This document shows, piece after piece, positions 1-14,600 of a DNA stretch of 64,000 nucleotides. Below the pieces are notes generated by a model. It was not told the DNA's origin and made no database searches. It saw only the letters and a program-made list of their open reading frames with translations. A program made the position numbers and the translations under genes. The first letter of the stretch is position 1, and each line of letters starts with the position of its first letter. The DNA comes from Phoronis australis (lineage: Eukaryota; Animalia; Phoronida). The stretch spans positions 425,901-489,900 of the forward strand of contig NMRA01000095.1 of assembly GCA_002633005.1 (NCBI GenBank), in the 5' to 3' direction.

Positions 1-3000
1 CCGTGATTTTCTTGCCATGTATATTAACCGATAAGAAGTCTGTACAGTTCGATAGAGTTTTAACTGGCTTTCGTAAGATATTTTTCATTTTTCGCTAGGA
101 CGTCTCAACTTTTCGAATTATTCGAGATTTTCTGATAACGCTGTTCATTTGTTGACAGCCTTGAATATTTTAATGAGTATATGTTCATGACCTCTGCAAA
201 GAGGAAAATCTTCATGGCCGTCAACATGAAATTCCATGGATCGTTGCTTTTTTCAAGGGTATTTTTGGGATGTTTTCTTGGGATTTTGATTTTTGAGTGA
301 CATGCAGTAAAAATGATTAAAAGAACATATTTACTACAATACTTTAATTTTACGCCTGAGGAGAATTTTATAACAAATTTTCACTGGAAAAAGAGTACCA
401 AAATGGGCAAAATTTTGTCCAAAAGTGCTTATCGAATATCAAGCGGGTGTTTGCAAAACTAAACAATTTTGGCCACCTCAACTGTTGAGATTGCAGTGTT
501 TTCTTAGGTTTGGAAGCTGGACACTATTACTAATCGTTTCCTGCATTACTCCATGTTGAGCTGTAATTTTCAAACCTATCCTTCATCTCATCAGTGGTTA
601 TTGTCGTGATGAGATGTTGATTTTGATGGCCTAAACAAGAAATTGAGAAGCGTGAACATTTTGTATTTAACATCTGTACAGTCACCTTTTACCAGAGTGG
701 ATCAAATGTTGAGCACTTGCTGTTTCGGCACGCATGATTGATTTTTGCGTTTGCAGGATTGTATTAATGAATGTGGAGTTACCAAGTACAGTCTTATCAG
801 TATTCTTGTTAGCACAGTTGACAAAAGAGGGCTCTCTATGCATAGTTTTGACTATCATTGGAATACTGTCTTGCAATTCGTGTTAATTTAAAGCTGAGTT
901 TGTCTCTATATGAGATATTCATTCTGTAAAAATATGAATGATGCTAAAAATTTTTTAACTTTGTTATTCCTAAGTGTGCTACCTTACCCAATCTTACTGT
1001 GTTTGTATCAAAGCCCCTGTCAGCAGTGTTGAGATTTTCCATGAAAAGTCTGTGAATTGTCTAAGCCAAGAAAATGTTAGAATTATTTCCGTAAATCTAT
1101 ATAGGAACTTTAGTTTTAACATGTAAAATGAACTAAAATGTAAACAAGCAGTTTTGGTCTGAGCTGCTAAATTAGTAGAATTTTATTGGTCGCTGAATTA
1201 GTTTGAAGAAAATGTACTCTTGTTTCGTTTTATTATAGTTTGCTACACAGCGAGTGGAACTCAAAACACCTACACAGCAGTCTAACATAGACTAAGTACA
1301 CACAGACAATCCAACCTAACAGTCACTGATTAGTGAAAATAATAGCCCGCGGTAGAATCAAGGTACACAAATGCACTCAAGTCTGATGCTATTTGGCTTG
1401 ATTAACGCAATCGCTCTTAAAAGAAAATTCAGAGCAGCATTGTAGACCAAATAAAATAGTCTTTCTATGGCTGAGTGCAGGTATCTTTAAAGGTAAGGTG
1501 TTCTTTTATTTTCACACATTTCTGAGAGACCTAGACTGAGTTAATTTTTTGTTTGTCTGCAAAAATCAAGTTTGTCTCTTTTTTATCCGAACGCCCAATC
1601 CCTTCTAGCTTGCATGATGTCATTTGCAAATTTCTCTGATGTCACTATGGACAACCAATAAATGCATATGGCCACAATAATTTACATGTTGAAAGGCAGT
1701 GCCCAATGATGTCTGTGGGGTCAAAGGTCAAGGGGAATAATTTGGTTGCAGTAAAGTTTCCTAAATTCTGAATAAAAGTAAATACCAAAATTGTCATTTT
1801 TTCAACTTTCAAAAGCTAAGTTAAAATGCTTGCAATTTCGTTGTGTATTTGTTTATGACAGTTGTGCATTATAAACTTTGAAAATGATGAAGTAAAAGTT
1901 TTATTACCTTGCTGTAAAATTTAGTAAAAAATACAATTTTTCTGTACTTCGCCTTATCGTGTACAACCATGGACTGAATGGAGTTCATCGATGTCTTGGA
2001 CAGAAAGACACACAGCTTGATTGGTATATTCCAGTTTTTAAAGTTTTAGATTTTGGCTTGACCTAGCACTGCCTGGGTCTTTAAGAGCAAAGGACTTTAA
2101 GCAAGTTAATCTGGAATGTTATACAATGGTACAAATTTGTTTAGCTTTCAAATTCACTTGAGTGTGTCAGTTCTCTTGTCTGAGATNGATCAGCTGCAGT
2201 TACAGTTTTTGTTAAAGTGAAATGTTGGATGAATTGATGAATGTTAATTTATGTACCCTGGTAAAAGAACACATGGATTGCTATCATACTGCTTGTGTCA
2301 AAAGAAACAAGCTCCTGTGATTTTCAATGTCCAATGCCATTTCCTAATTTGACCAACTGCGATTATTAAAATGCGTCTTTTAATAACACTTGTCAGTTAT
2401 AATAAACGGAAATTCAACCAGAAATGTATTAGATACCTATCCTTTGCACTAAATGATGAGAGAATATGTAATGTGAAAAACGACAACACACACAGGTTAA
2501 TGTACCACTAACTCCACCTACAGGGAACTGGTACACCCTGTTCCCTGAGCTGCCAATAACCACACCGCTCCACTCTGAGGAGTATTATTGTCATCGCCTA
2601 AGCCTGCCAACTTTGTAACAAGTTGCAGTATAATGTCACCAGTTAAGGACAGAACGTGGTGAACAAGTGGAATTTTATTTGTTCACTTTTTTGAGAAAAA
2701 AAATATATTAAAGCAATACCAAAATAATGTTTTATTTGAAGTTCCATGCTATTTGCCATGGCAACTGTCACACATCATTTTGAGAAATTGAAGACATTTA
2801 TTCACAACAATATCAGAAGTTTGTGATAAATGATGAAGGTAAATAGTTGGGAATTAGTTTTGTCTGTAATATTACCATCATGAACTCAGTCCTAATAATG
2901 TATGGTCAGGAATTGTAAAGACCAGGAATCACTTCTGATGTTATAAAGGGAACAAAACTGAAAATAGTAACAAAGTACATTATTTGGACAGAAAATATTG

Positions 3001-6000
3001 CAAACAGTTTAAAGAATTACATATTTATATACATCCAGAAAATGTCATTATAATTAGCTGAAAGTCACCCTTGAATTGTTTTTAGCACTATTTGCAAAAA
3101 AGACGATAGTTTTCGGTATTGTAGGGTTTGTCTTAGTTTGGTATTGTCTGCACTACTCAATTGTCCGTTTACTGTTTACTTGATGTTTGGAAGACATTGC
3201 CTCAGTGAGGAAATAAAGTCCAGGAATATACCCCCAGTCATGGGTATAGCCACACTAGACGCGACCGATGTCGGGGAAAATAATCTGAGGCAATGAAAAC
3301 AAAAGCAAATCAAAGAAACATTACAGGCAACTAACCGGTGTTTTATGAGTTATTTCGAGTCTGCAGTGCTCTATAAACAAGGGATTTGGAACATTTGTTT
3401 AAATGCACTCAAAAATCCATCTACTGCGGGGCAGTAATAGCCATTTTGTGTTTAACTGTTTCTTTCAGCTATCAATGTAACTTTGATTTCAGTTTCTTGG
3501 CTTTTACTTGAATTGATGACTCGCCGGTTCTCTGAACAGGAAGCGAATGCTTTAGTCCATTGTCAGATTTGTTTAATTGCATTTCCCATTCGTGTAGAGG
3601 CCTTGATAAGGCTTGTCTGAGTTGAACCCTCCCACGTAAATAGATGAGTGGATTAATATGTCGCTTATGTGTACGCTAATCTGGAATAGTTTTTATTCAT
3701 TGTTGATTTTTTTGTCGTAAAATTGGTCCGTTGAGTTGTTTAAAGCCCATCTGGCAAGGTCATGACTGTTGTCCCCACTGCCTCTTGGTTGTTTACACTC
3801 AGTTTGTGTTTTTTGTTAAACTTTAGAAATCCGCTGACTAGTTTATGAGAACTTGTCACCATATCAAAGCCTTCATGCCCACGTTTCTTGTCTTTGTTTA
3901 AAGTAATCCCCTGTAAACATTACACCAAGTTGTGCGGTTTGGCAGAGTTAGTTTTTCAATAACATACATAACACACATATGGCCTTAGACATATGCAAAA
4001 GTGTGCTATAATATGTTGAAACACATTAGTTTTAGTTTTTGTACTGACATAATCAAATTTTCACTATGTAATCCTGTCTCAGTCAATTACAATTTCTTGT
4101 CATTAACAGGTTTAACATCTCTGAGGCTGTAAAATGTACGTTTGTTGAATTTTTAAGAACATGTTTATTCAATTGCGAAAGATAAGGCATCTTAGTTTTG
4201 GATCAGATGTGTTTGAGCGTAGCTGTTTCACCATGATTCTAGTTCATTTACGTAACTGTGTTCAACATTTTATCAGTCCTTGGGAAAACTTGAACCCGTT
4301 GCATTTAGATGGCCAACTGTTTGAAATGCTCCACTTACAAAGTATTTTTAACAATTGCTCGGCCTAAGCTACCATCCTCTGTATTGCTGAATTTGTTCAC
4401 AAATCTTCCTGGGCGGTCCTGGTTAGTTTATGTTCAGTTGTTTGCATAGGCTGGCTTCAGATATAAACGTAGTCCAACCTTTAATGGACTGCACAATCTC
4501 GATTACAGAAATAATCCCACACTGACTTCCCTGATATTTGTGTAAAGAATTGCTATTGAATCGTTAATCCCAATTAAACCTGCCTGGTCAGATTGACAAC
4601 ATCATCTTTGCTACTGTCCGCAGTGTCACCTGGTGGCCTAGTCAAAAACCAGTATTGGAGGTTACTGATCTGATAGATGATAAGCCCCCTTTTATCTTGT
4701 AAGAGCTTGCTGCATGAATACCCTGGCAGTTCTAATTAGGAGAAGCTGAAATTGGACACTTCAAACTGAAAGAAGTCAAGATAGTGTTGGTGAATCTTCT
4801 CGTCATTGTAGACTATGAAGTCACTTGCATCTATATGCATATCTGGACTTATCCGTTTCACTGTTAGAGGGTGGCACATGACATATCTTTGTCCGACTAT
4901 GCATAGGAGAATTTCACTCCCTGTCCGGTCACCACCATTCTTCGCGTTACCCTGGTCGCCACCATGCCACCACTTTTTTTTCTAACCCTCTCCGCAGTCG
5001 CCATCAATTATGCCCCCTTTCTTGTACGTTTCTATTATTTGTCTATTGTACGCTCCGCTGACTGAAATTTTTCTTGTTTTGCCTGAATTCTCCTTTATTT
5101 TTCACCGAATCTGTGGGACAAAGGCCCCATTATTTCGTGAAGAATGCAAAGCAAATTTATAAAGCTAAAAATTAAATATTGTGAAATAGTTCCATTTGCT
5201 CATTAAAATCCTTCAAAGAATCGTTTTTGCATTGTTTTTCGTTAGCAGACAGTGCAGGCGCCTAATCAAACTAAAATGTCTGAGAACAAAGATTTGATGG
5301 CACACTTAACGTTTTGTCTTGGAAAATCTGTATCATTTACATATATGCAAACATCACTACTATGGCACACTGTCATATTCAACTTTATTATTATGCCAGG
5401 TGTTAGATCATCAGGCTACCTGAACAAGTCAACATGGCTCATGTACATAGGGACACGGTTAACCCGACCAGCAAACGTGAACTTGTGCCTTCCCTCATAA
5501 AACACCAGCTTGCACACTCAAAGAACTTGGTTCATGAATTCATATCCATAAACAAGCGGGTTGATGAAAAGTGGAGAATCTGTGGGCCATGTTTAAAGGT
5601 TCCAAGGCATGTTTGTCCTGTTTAAAGGTGTCTAAGCAGAGTTTGTCTTGTTGAAAATCTCAAAATATACTAAATACCTGATTGTTAAATGCTCATGTCA
5701 ATAAAGTATTGCTCATTTATTTGTTTAGAAGCACAGGCATTCTTGCTTGGCAAATTGAATTTTGCCTAGATGTTGCTTCGCCATGAAGTTTCCTTTTTTG
5801 CTTCTTAGTACGCATAATACAGGTTGCATTTGTCATCGGAGATGGTGTGTATGGATGCCATTTTCTGTTTTTAATTTGACCAGGGGTTGCCTTCTAATTG
5901 GATTGAAAAACCATTACTAAAATTGGTCTATGAATTTTCTAAGAAATATTCTACTTAATCAACAGTAACAATTTTTCTCCGACTCTTGAGATATCGAGTT

Positions 6001-6624
6001 CTGTTGATAAAAATGACAAAAAGTTTAAAATTGTCAAATTTTGGACATTGTCTATATGCTACAGGTATGTGGGATTTCTTATCCCATGGACGTGAAATTT
6101 ACACGTCTTATTTTAATACCTCACTGGTTTTTGTTGAAATCATATGCAAGATGGTAATGTGGCAGCCATATTTTATTGACAGATCTTTCTGCTACTTGGG
6201 AATGCGTATAGATTTCTTTAAGTTTCTGATGTAGTATGTCATTTATTTGTCATCACGACTTACCGTTTTCGAGTAACGGGATTTACTGATGATTTTTCAT
6301 TTTATTGACTTTTGCTAATCTTTTGTTGGTTTACTATGTACTGTGGTGAGTCCTTTTTACCTTTTTCGTCATCTTCATCAATCCATTATGTGACCTTGTC
6401 TTTAGTAAAATTTGGCTAAAAAGAAAGGTACATTGATAGCAAAACAACGGTATCAATCAGATGATCAAATTTTATTTGATATTATTGTTCAAGTTTAGAT
6501 ATCAAAAATGCTGTTACAGTTTTCTAAAGTATTATTTCGTTTTCGTTTTATCATTTTACAGATTTTTCATGAAAATCATTAAAATACTATTTTTGATAGC
6601 TCCTCATGCAATAGTGGAACATTG

Positions 6625-6800
6625 ATAAAACAATTCTTAACAGCGTTTTTGAGACTAGTGTATAAAGCATTGTGTCCGAGAGTTTTGTACGAATCCAATC
6701 AGTCATTTCTGAGATGTGATGTTCTGAAGTTTGCCAAATTTGGCCATTTTTACAGGGTCCTATGGATTCGCTTTTCAGAGCACATTTTTATTCTGTTAAT
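6625..6800 (+). repeat. Dispersed repeat family A, copy 1
   Basis: Core gaatccaatcagtcatttctgagatgtgatgttctgaag is shared with the copies near 19765 (+) and 39790-39925 (-). Confidence 0.7.
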
Positions 6801-9800
6801 CCAAATCTTGCTTCATGCGAGAGGTTTGACTTCTGATATTTCAGCACAGGCGGACCCTGACCTTCTGCTGGAGTCTGGCTCCTGAACAGAGCCTGGACAC
6901 TGTTACAAGTGTTACAGTACTTTATTCGTAACACTATTCTTTGCTCCAAACCCTTTCATGCAGGTGCTGGCCTTGAAATTGAAATTTCACTGGGAACTTT
7001 GTTTGCGATATCATCCATTGTTAGATGTTGTGAGTTTGGCAGGTGGAGTATCGTGTATGCCGGTTCGCATTGCGGTCTCATCGGTCTGGTGGAGGGATAT
7101 TTATAGTTTTAATCACCTTGTGTCATGTGTCTCTGTGACATTGTTGGATATTTATAATGTATTGTTCAGCTGCACAACAATAGCATTGCTAAAGAAGCGT
7201 GACTGATCTCCCCTGGATCTCGCTCAACTCGTTCCCTATCTCCTATTGTTCTGCTGCTCCTTCACACTCAAGTCATGGGTTGTAACAATGCAGCGGTTAT
7301 TTATGATTTGATTGAACTGATCTCATTGTAGTCTTTGTGCGCGTGGCGAGCTTGTTTTCGTTTTGTTTTCCACTTAATTTCTCCAGTGCAACCAGGTAAG
7401 ATGTCTTAGATTTTTCTGACAATTGGTGGAATGAAACTAAATCTGGCTTAATGAATTCTCAAGCTATCTTCAGCCTAATTTCTGTCTGCCTCTCATCCAT
7501 GAATATTTAAGACAACATTTTCAATTGTGTTAGAAGCTGGTAACTGTTTGAGCTTTGAAGGACACGCTGTGCTAGATTGTGTTTTAATAGTGGAAATGGT
7601 CCTAAGTTCTGTCAAAGCAATTTTTGACAAAATTTTTGGTGGATTTTCTTGTGCGCATATCAGTCCCTGCCATCTGGTGCCACAGCACAACTATTCTACC
7701 TTATCCATTGTTTCCAATATTCCTAAAGGAAAAGTGGGACATTTGGAGCTAGGAAAAATGCGGTATTTGGTTTCTAATGGCTTTAGTGTTGCTTGTAAAA
7801 TGGAATGGGAAGATCATGTGAATTGCATAGACAAGCATAGAAACGAAACAGCCAGACGTTACTGAGCACAACGAGCGTGTGTAAATAGGCAGCATCACAT
7901 GTCAGAGGAGTGGGACATCCTAATGCTGTTGGAGGACAGGCGAGGAAACTTCAAGAAGTGGGACGGTCCTGCCAGAAACGGGACAATTGGCAACTATGTT
8001 CATCAAGCTATGTGACAAACCCAGATTACCCTGTTGTGAAGAGCCACTTTGTCTGTCAAACCCTGGATCCACTTATGCTCAGAGCCTTCAATTATTTTCC
8101 CAAATGTCAGGATTATGCAACAGAGCTCCTTCCTCACTTCTCTTTGTTTTAACAAATTGGATGACATCATTCCCGGTGTCTTATGTTTGTCTTCTCCCCA
8201 TGGTGCCCTGTTGGTTTGTTGGCAGCCTTCTTGTACCCACCAGTCTCTGTACATTGTTGGATGGGCCATTGTTATGACGTTGTTACGTAATGTTACATCA
8301 CCCACCCAGAAAGTTGCTCAATACAAAAGGAAGCCCCAGGAGGAGGTTAAGTTGCTGCTGTTTATTCTGCAGGTTTTAATTTAGCCCTGTGTTATTGTTT
8401 CTGGCCTCCATGATTAGTGTTATTCTGATCCCCTGTTTGGATAGTACACTAGTGTGTTGTATGGTTGTAATAACTGCACTGTGAAGTGATTCACTGCGAT
8501 GTTCACACCAATGTGCACATATATTTAGTCCACTCACAAGCTAACATTGCCAGCATAATTATCAATGCGCTCCCTACAGTTTTCTATTTACAAATAAAAA
8601 ACTCTTCATCTGACGAAGGAGATCATATGTAGCGCTTGTCACTTAATGCCGAACACAATGTGGCGGGCAAGTAGAATCGTCTCTTTTCAATTTCTCAAAA
8701 AATAATGTGGAAAATTTTCCCTTTGTTGTCCGATCGGTTTGCACAAAAGGTGTTTTTGTAAACAAATTTGGGTGAAGTTTCAGTATATTAACAGTACGCA
8801 GTTTCAGCATTTGTTTTTGTGCAGAATTGGAGAGAGATTGCCAAACACGGAAATAAAGCTCAAGAAATATCAGCTCCTGCTGACTGCGTAATCCCATAAG
8901 GGATTATGTGAAGTCAGTCAGATATACACAACTCAACTCGGTGTTTTTCTGAAATCACAAAGCATGCAGATTTTGATTCCGACCTTTATACCAATTTGTT
9001 ACTGATTAGGTCATGTGACCAAGTTTTTTGTGAGCTTCCGCTAAGACTGTCCTATTCGTGGCAGAAGTATAGTATCAAGAACATTAACATATTCCTTTTG
9101 ATACAAGCATTCAAGATCAGAGATCATGAGTACTATTACAGCTTTCCAAACTATTGTTTCGTTTTTTATGCAACTTGTAATTTTTAACAGAAGCCCTAGA
9201 AGTCACAGTTTTCAATTGCACCTGTATGTAAATTATGTGTAACCTTTTGAAAACGGGTTTTGACAGGGTCTTGCAGAACTATGCACAAATTCTATGAAAC
9301 TTTTCTTTGAATCAGGTCAACTGTTTCTGAGTTGTGATACTCCGAAGTTGATAGTAGCTGGGTATAACGTGACTGCATTTTGACTACCAGTTTTCTCCAC
9401 TCAGCAATGGGCATCCAACTGGTTCTCGTTATATGCGACTATTAAACCAAAGTCATCCAACTTTGACACTTTTGTATTATATTATAATCGTTATTTAATA
9501 AACTCATTGTAGATCAGCTGATTCTTTGTATTTTTATTGAAGGCGATACATCAGTCAAATAATCTCATTGCTGTAGATGTCAGCGTGTCATTGTACAGTA
9601 AAGTCATACCCAGTGCCTGACGCGCTTGCATTCCCAGAATCAATGGGCTGAAGAACAAATGTAATTTTCCCTGAGAGTCTAGCAATAGCAACCTAATCAC
9701 ATCTTTTGTTCTGTTGGAATTATTACCCATTGTTTTCTTTAAGTCTCTAATAATGCCCAGTCAATGCCCTCCAACACTAATATCCACAATATCGACTGTT

Positions 9801-11545
9801 GACCAATCAATACTATTTTACTTAAAAGAGCCTGATGACGCAAAAGTGAAATCAAACTGAAATGTTCGCACAAGATTTAATTGCATTTTGTCATTTCTTG
9901 GTAATTGTTTCGCAGAGTTTTTCAATATTAGCCATTTAAAAGTTTATAATTTTTGTTTGTCAGTTTCAGAAGCAATTGATATGATTTTTCCTCCGATTCT
10001 AAAAATATTTGCACTACAGCATTGAAAACTTGTAACTATAGTCATATTCTTGGTGTTCAAGAAGAGTTTGAGTTGAACTTTTCGTGTGAGACTGGCCAGT
10101 GTAATTATTACTCGCTTGTTCCATGTATTGATCCTGTTATGTTTCATCACTTGTTTTGCTAATGGCATCTCTCTGTATTGTTCAACGAGTTGTCTTGTTC
10201 ACAAACTCTCAGCGGTATTTCTGGGCCACTGCCCTCGTGTTTGTTTCTCAGTTCCCAGCGGCTGTTGTCCATAAATCTCTGTTTATTCATAGTCGGGGCT
10301 GACATTTTAGGTATGGGTTTCGCTATCCATGGACAGTGCATCAGCCATTGTTTCTCTTGATCGTTCCGTCCGTGGCTCAGTCCAGTCCTGATTTGTGTGA
10401 TCATCGTAAGCCATCTCGCATTTATTGACCAGATAAAAGTGTTGAATCTGTAGAGTTAGAAGCGTGAAGAAATCGGCGTCAATAGAACTCATTTACTGCA
10501 TTGTAGGTCTCTAATTGTTTTCTCAATTGTACTCTTGCCAAATGAGGATTTTCCAGATGGCGTGTCCGGCAGGACTCGTTATTAGATTGTTAAATGAGCC
10601 CGCCCAACCGTGCTTGGTCATATTAGCGTAATAATTTGTTTTATTCAAGTCTAACAAACCTAGCAATATTAATAGCCACGCGAACTATGGAATGGATTCT
10701 GTAAAACTTTCGAGGAAGGTCCATGTGAATAGTTGAAGATTTTGTAAATTTACAGTACAAGCCAAAAGAATTCAGACAAAATTACCTGGAATTCCCCATC
10801 ATAACGGCTCTATGGAACCAAAATTCATCATCAGAGTAGTCTCCCCTGATGACAGAGAACGCAGGGGAAGTAACTTGAAAGTTGGTAAGGTGGCGAAAAC
10901 ATTCTGTAATTAGAATTTTGCTGCCATAATAGTTAGTACAAGTAATTTTTTGCTGTTTTGCTGTTAACAGAATTAGAGGTCGTTTGATTACTTTTGTCTT
11001 GTACTGTAGCTGTATTGTTTGATTACTTTTGTCTTGTACTATAGAATCGTATCTGTCATTTTCCACTGGTTGTACTTAGAACTAAAGTGCTGCATAGAAC
11101 TCAAAATGGCAGTTTTCGCAAATTTCAAAATATTCAAAATAGGTTTTTCACGATACATAGCTACCGGAAAATACAAAAATGAATTGGGCCACCTAACTCA
11201 TACAATTAGTCTTGTAGTGTCCCTTAAGAAGAAGGGACTACGAAGAACATTGAAACTATGAGTGACTCAGAAAATGCTTTGGAGTTAATGGGTTTAGCCA
11301 ACCCTAAAATTGCAAATTTGTAAATGTTGCCTGTAAGCACTGCGTATGACTGTGAGTGTACCAGTATTATCAGTATGTTATGCTTGAATAAAAGTAGAAA
11401 AGTTATTCATATAAACCGTAGTATGACTGACTGCTCAATGCCGTAATTGGTGTTGCAATTATAAAACTGAGCATTGTCTGAACATTAGATTAATATTTCC
11501 TGTTTGTCATTTCAGATTATTACAGTAACACCAGTCAAGTTTTAC

Positions 11546-11559
11546 ATGGTTGTACCGCG
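11546..11559 (+). CDS. SoxD: Candidate upstream exon (11516-11559); coding part MVVP(R), phase 2
   Basis: Acceptor tttgtcatttcag and donor CG|GTAAGT. ATG GTT GTA CCG CG joined to 38935 (A ACG ATG) reads MVVPRTMSSKRK in frame. Confidence 0.6.
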
Positions 11560-11628
11560 GTAAGTCTACATAGAGAAGTGTGCAAGTGACCCCCCACCCC
11601 CAGCCCTACGAGTCTAGTTTTGAGTTCA

Positions 11629-11678
11629 GAGATAAGACCCCGTGCCCAGAGCTGAGATAAGACCCCGGGCCCAGAGCT
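11629..11678. repeat. 25-bp tandem duplication, each copy with an AGATAAG (GATA) motif
   Basis: GAGATAAGACCCCGKGCCCAGAGCT x2. Confidence 0.85.
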
Positions 11679-14600
11679 TCTATTGATTTTAAAAATTGCG
11701 TTCTCAGTGGCCTGATTTTCGAAGAGTTTATTGCTTTTGTCTATTGACTAAAATCACACAAATGGGCTAAAGTTGGAAAATCTGTCTGCAGCTCAAAGTT
11801 GAAAGACAGAAATTTTTAGTCTGCTTGAATAGACAGAAGACAAAACGTTTCGAGAAATGTGAAAGACAAAGAAATCTACTTTTGGCTACGCTATTCATCG
11901 TAAAATATCTGTCTTTTGGCTTTGAAGACCAAAGCCCATAGATTGTTTGAGAAACGGGTCCCACTGAGGCCTATTTAGCAAATTAGTAAAAATGCAGTCT
12001 GACACTACTACGTGGTCTACTTTCTCTTTGCTGTGTTGCAGGGCAGAGAAATGTGACTTGTCCATTTGCTTTCTCAATTATTTATGAGCACACTTTTGTG
12101 TATATAATTACAAAAGTGGACTAGATTACATGTCTTCTCCATGTCACTAAATGGAGTGCAACAAGCCTATGTTTTACACTCACTGTGTGTTTGATAATTG
12201 GTTACTGTGCACAGAATTGTTTAGCTTTGAAAAATGCATTGGTGAGTGAAAAGTAAAATACACAGTGTGTGTGTACTTGTGCATATGCGTGTATATGAAA
12301 TTTGGCGAATATGGCTACCTGTGAAACAGGCCGAGTAAAACTAATTGGAAGTTAATTTGGAAAATAAGATATGCGTGAAGCTTGATATATTTGTTTCTAA
12401 ACAAGAGATGTTTTCAATTTAACATTACCAGTGAAGTGTAGGGGCACGCAGAGTGCAATCAATGGTTAAACCTACTAATTTTATTGTTTGTGGGAAAAAA
12501 AAAACGAGAAACGCGTCTACTTTTAATGGGCAAAATACATTTTGAGTAGATGGTTTGACGACCACAGTTTTTGTGGGGTCGTTGATTATTTTTCTCTGTA
12601 TTTACTGTAACAAAATAGAAGCAGCCCGCATAGCTGGAGATTTTTTTTGCACGATGATCAAAAGTCATGATTAGTTTTGATGTGTCGCGTTAAAAATTGG
12701 TTTAATTTGAGTTTTACACACCTCATTCATCTGGTGAGGGTCCAGCAGCTGTACACCTACTATTAGATATTTTTGTCGCAAGCAATTGATGATGTTTCCT
12801 TTTTTTCTTTGTTTCCTTTCTTTCACCTTCCAATCAATTGTTTCCTGTCAGCCAAGGGTCAGTGAGTTGGCTCACGTATGCACCCGCAGCAAATTCCATC
12901 GCAGCAGCTATGAAACAGTATTGACGGATGGACATTAACATATATTACAGCTTGTGTGATCTGATTAAGGAGACTCTACAATAGCCGTCTAAATAGTGTT
13001 TGAATATAATGAAGGCCAGCGTCAGCTGACAACTCTAACAATGAATCGATTTGCCAGGCTAGTCCATGGCCGGATAGGGAATACAGATGGTAGAGCCACA
13101 ACCTCAGTAAACTCCAGTTTTATTTGATTTCAAGACTACAAGCTGTTCTGGTCTTGTTATTCTTGTCTTGTTTACAGATTTCCTCGGTATTTTGGGGGGG
13201 CTGTGTTTATGTTTCTCATTGGTCTCCACAGTGTTTTTATGATGTTTTATTAGTTAACAATGAAAAATTGACATTCCACGACACCTTCAAAGTTTCGTAC
13301 TTTCTTTTCAACACAAGCCAAGAATAAGTGTAATTTGAAGAGCTAGAAAATGGATTTGACCTGTTTGTTCCGCAACGCCTTCAAATGTCTCCAATTGACT
13401 GCGGTCCCCCAGTCACTCTAATCCCGAACACCCCTACACAAAGTGGCACTAATACTGAATAAGTGCAATTATGGAACTATTGTAAAAGATTCACAGAACA
13501 TATCTTTGAGGGATTATCTAGCTATAGATTTGTCCTGTACAGTTCTCAGCAGTTCTCTGTCTCGCCATCCAAACTGTTAGGCGGCGATATTCAAAGTCAA
13601 TTTCGGACATTGTGTTCACGCTGAAGATCTCGACGACAAAGTTTGGCTGCATTGTCAAGTATGTGACTGGAATGTGAGAATTTTTTATTTTCTTGTCATT
13701 GCTTTAAAGAATTCCACTGTAGAAGTCTTCCTGGTCTATTTCTATTTGGAAGCTCGATGACAAATGTTTTGATATTGTTCTTATACAAAAAACTGTCGGT
13801 CTTTTTTTCTAACAGCGATTAACGAAACCTTTTTTTACCAAAATTATTTTTTTACCAAAATTATTTTTATTCAGGAAACATTGTGAAACAGTGCCTTGTA
13901 AACAGCATGCGAAATGCTTATTTTAGTCACCAGTAATGGTATGACCTTCATTGTTTATGCCTCATTATCAGTAAATTGTTTTGCTTGTTCTTCTCAATGG
14001 TCCATTGTTTCCTGGCTAAAAATATACAAGGCCAGACGGCTTGATTATCTGGCCAAGAAAAGTCTGGCCATCTTGGCACCCAGTTTGTGAGAGTACTTCA
14101 AAACTACACCAGCGCAGGTAAAGTGCCTTCAAGCTTCTTTCGGTATTCTTTTAGCACTTCTACTGAGCCAATCCTCGTACCTTTGGTGATTTTGATATCA
14201 AAAATGTTAACTTTTGAAAGGCACCATTTAGGCTACCCCTGTCAAGTTGGTTTCATTTTGTGCCATTCTTAGGTTGCTTTCTCATTACGGAAACCCTGGT
14301 TTACTGAAACTTCATCACCACTCCCCTTGTCTTTCCCACTACTAATAGCTCTTTCCATCAAACAATAGTGGAGTTATTGCTAGTTCTTTGGATTAAACAC
14401 CAGGTGGCGAAGTTGATTCACATTTCCGACTGAATGTATGTGTTGCCTGTTGCGACTTCTAGCGATTACTAGCCTGTTCTACTGCAGGGGAGTTGCACAC
14501 CTGTAGTTTAATTCACCTATTTTGTGATGGTTGTTTAAGTGTGGTAGTTCCGCTTTCCCGCTGGGCAAAACTGCAAAACAGGGGGAGCTGCTGTATTGGT

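Noticed and set aside
2187-2187. Single N base
   Set aside because: Assembly ambiguity, not a biological feature.
6336-12247. GTGAGT donor-like sites at 6346 and 12242 with nearby ATGs
   Set aside because: Wrong phase (6346) or a TGA created at the junction (12242), with no supporting acceptor or promoter.
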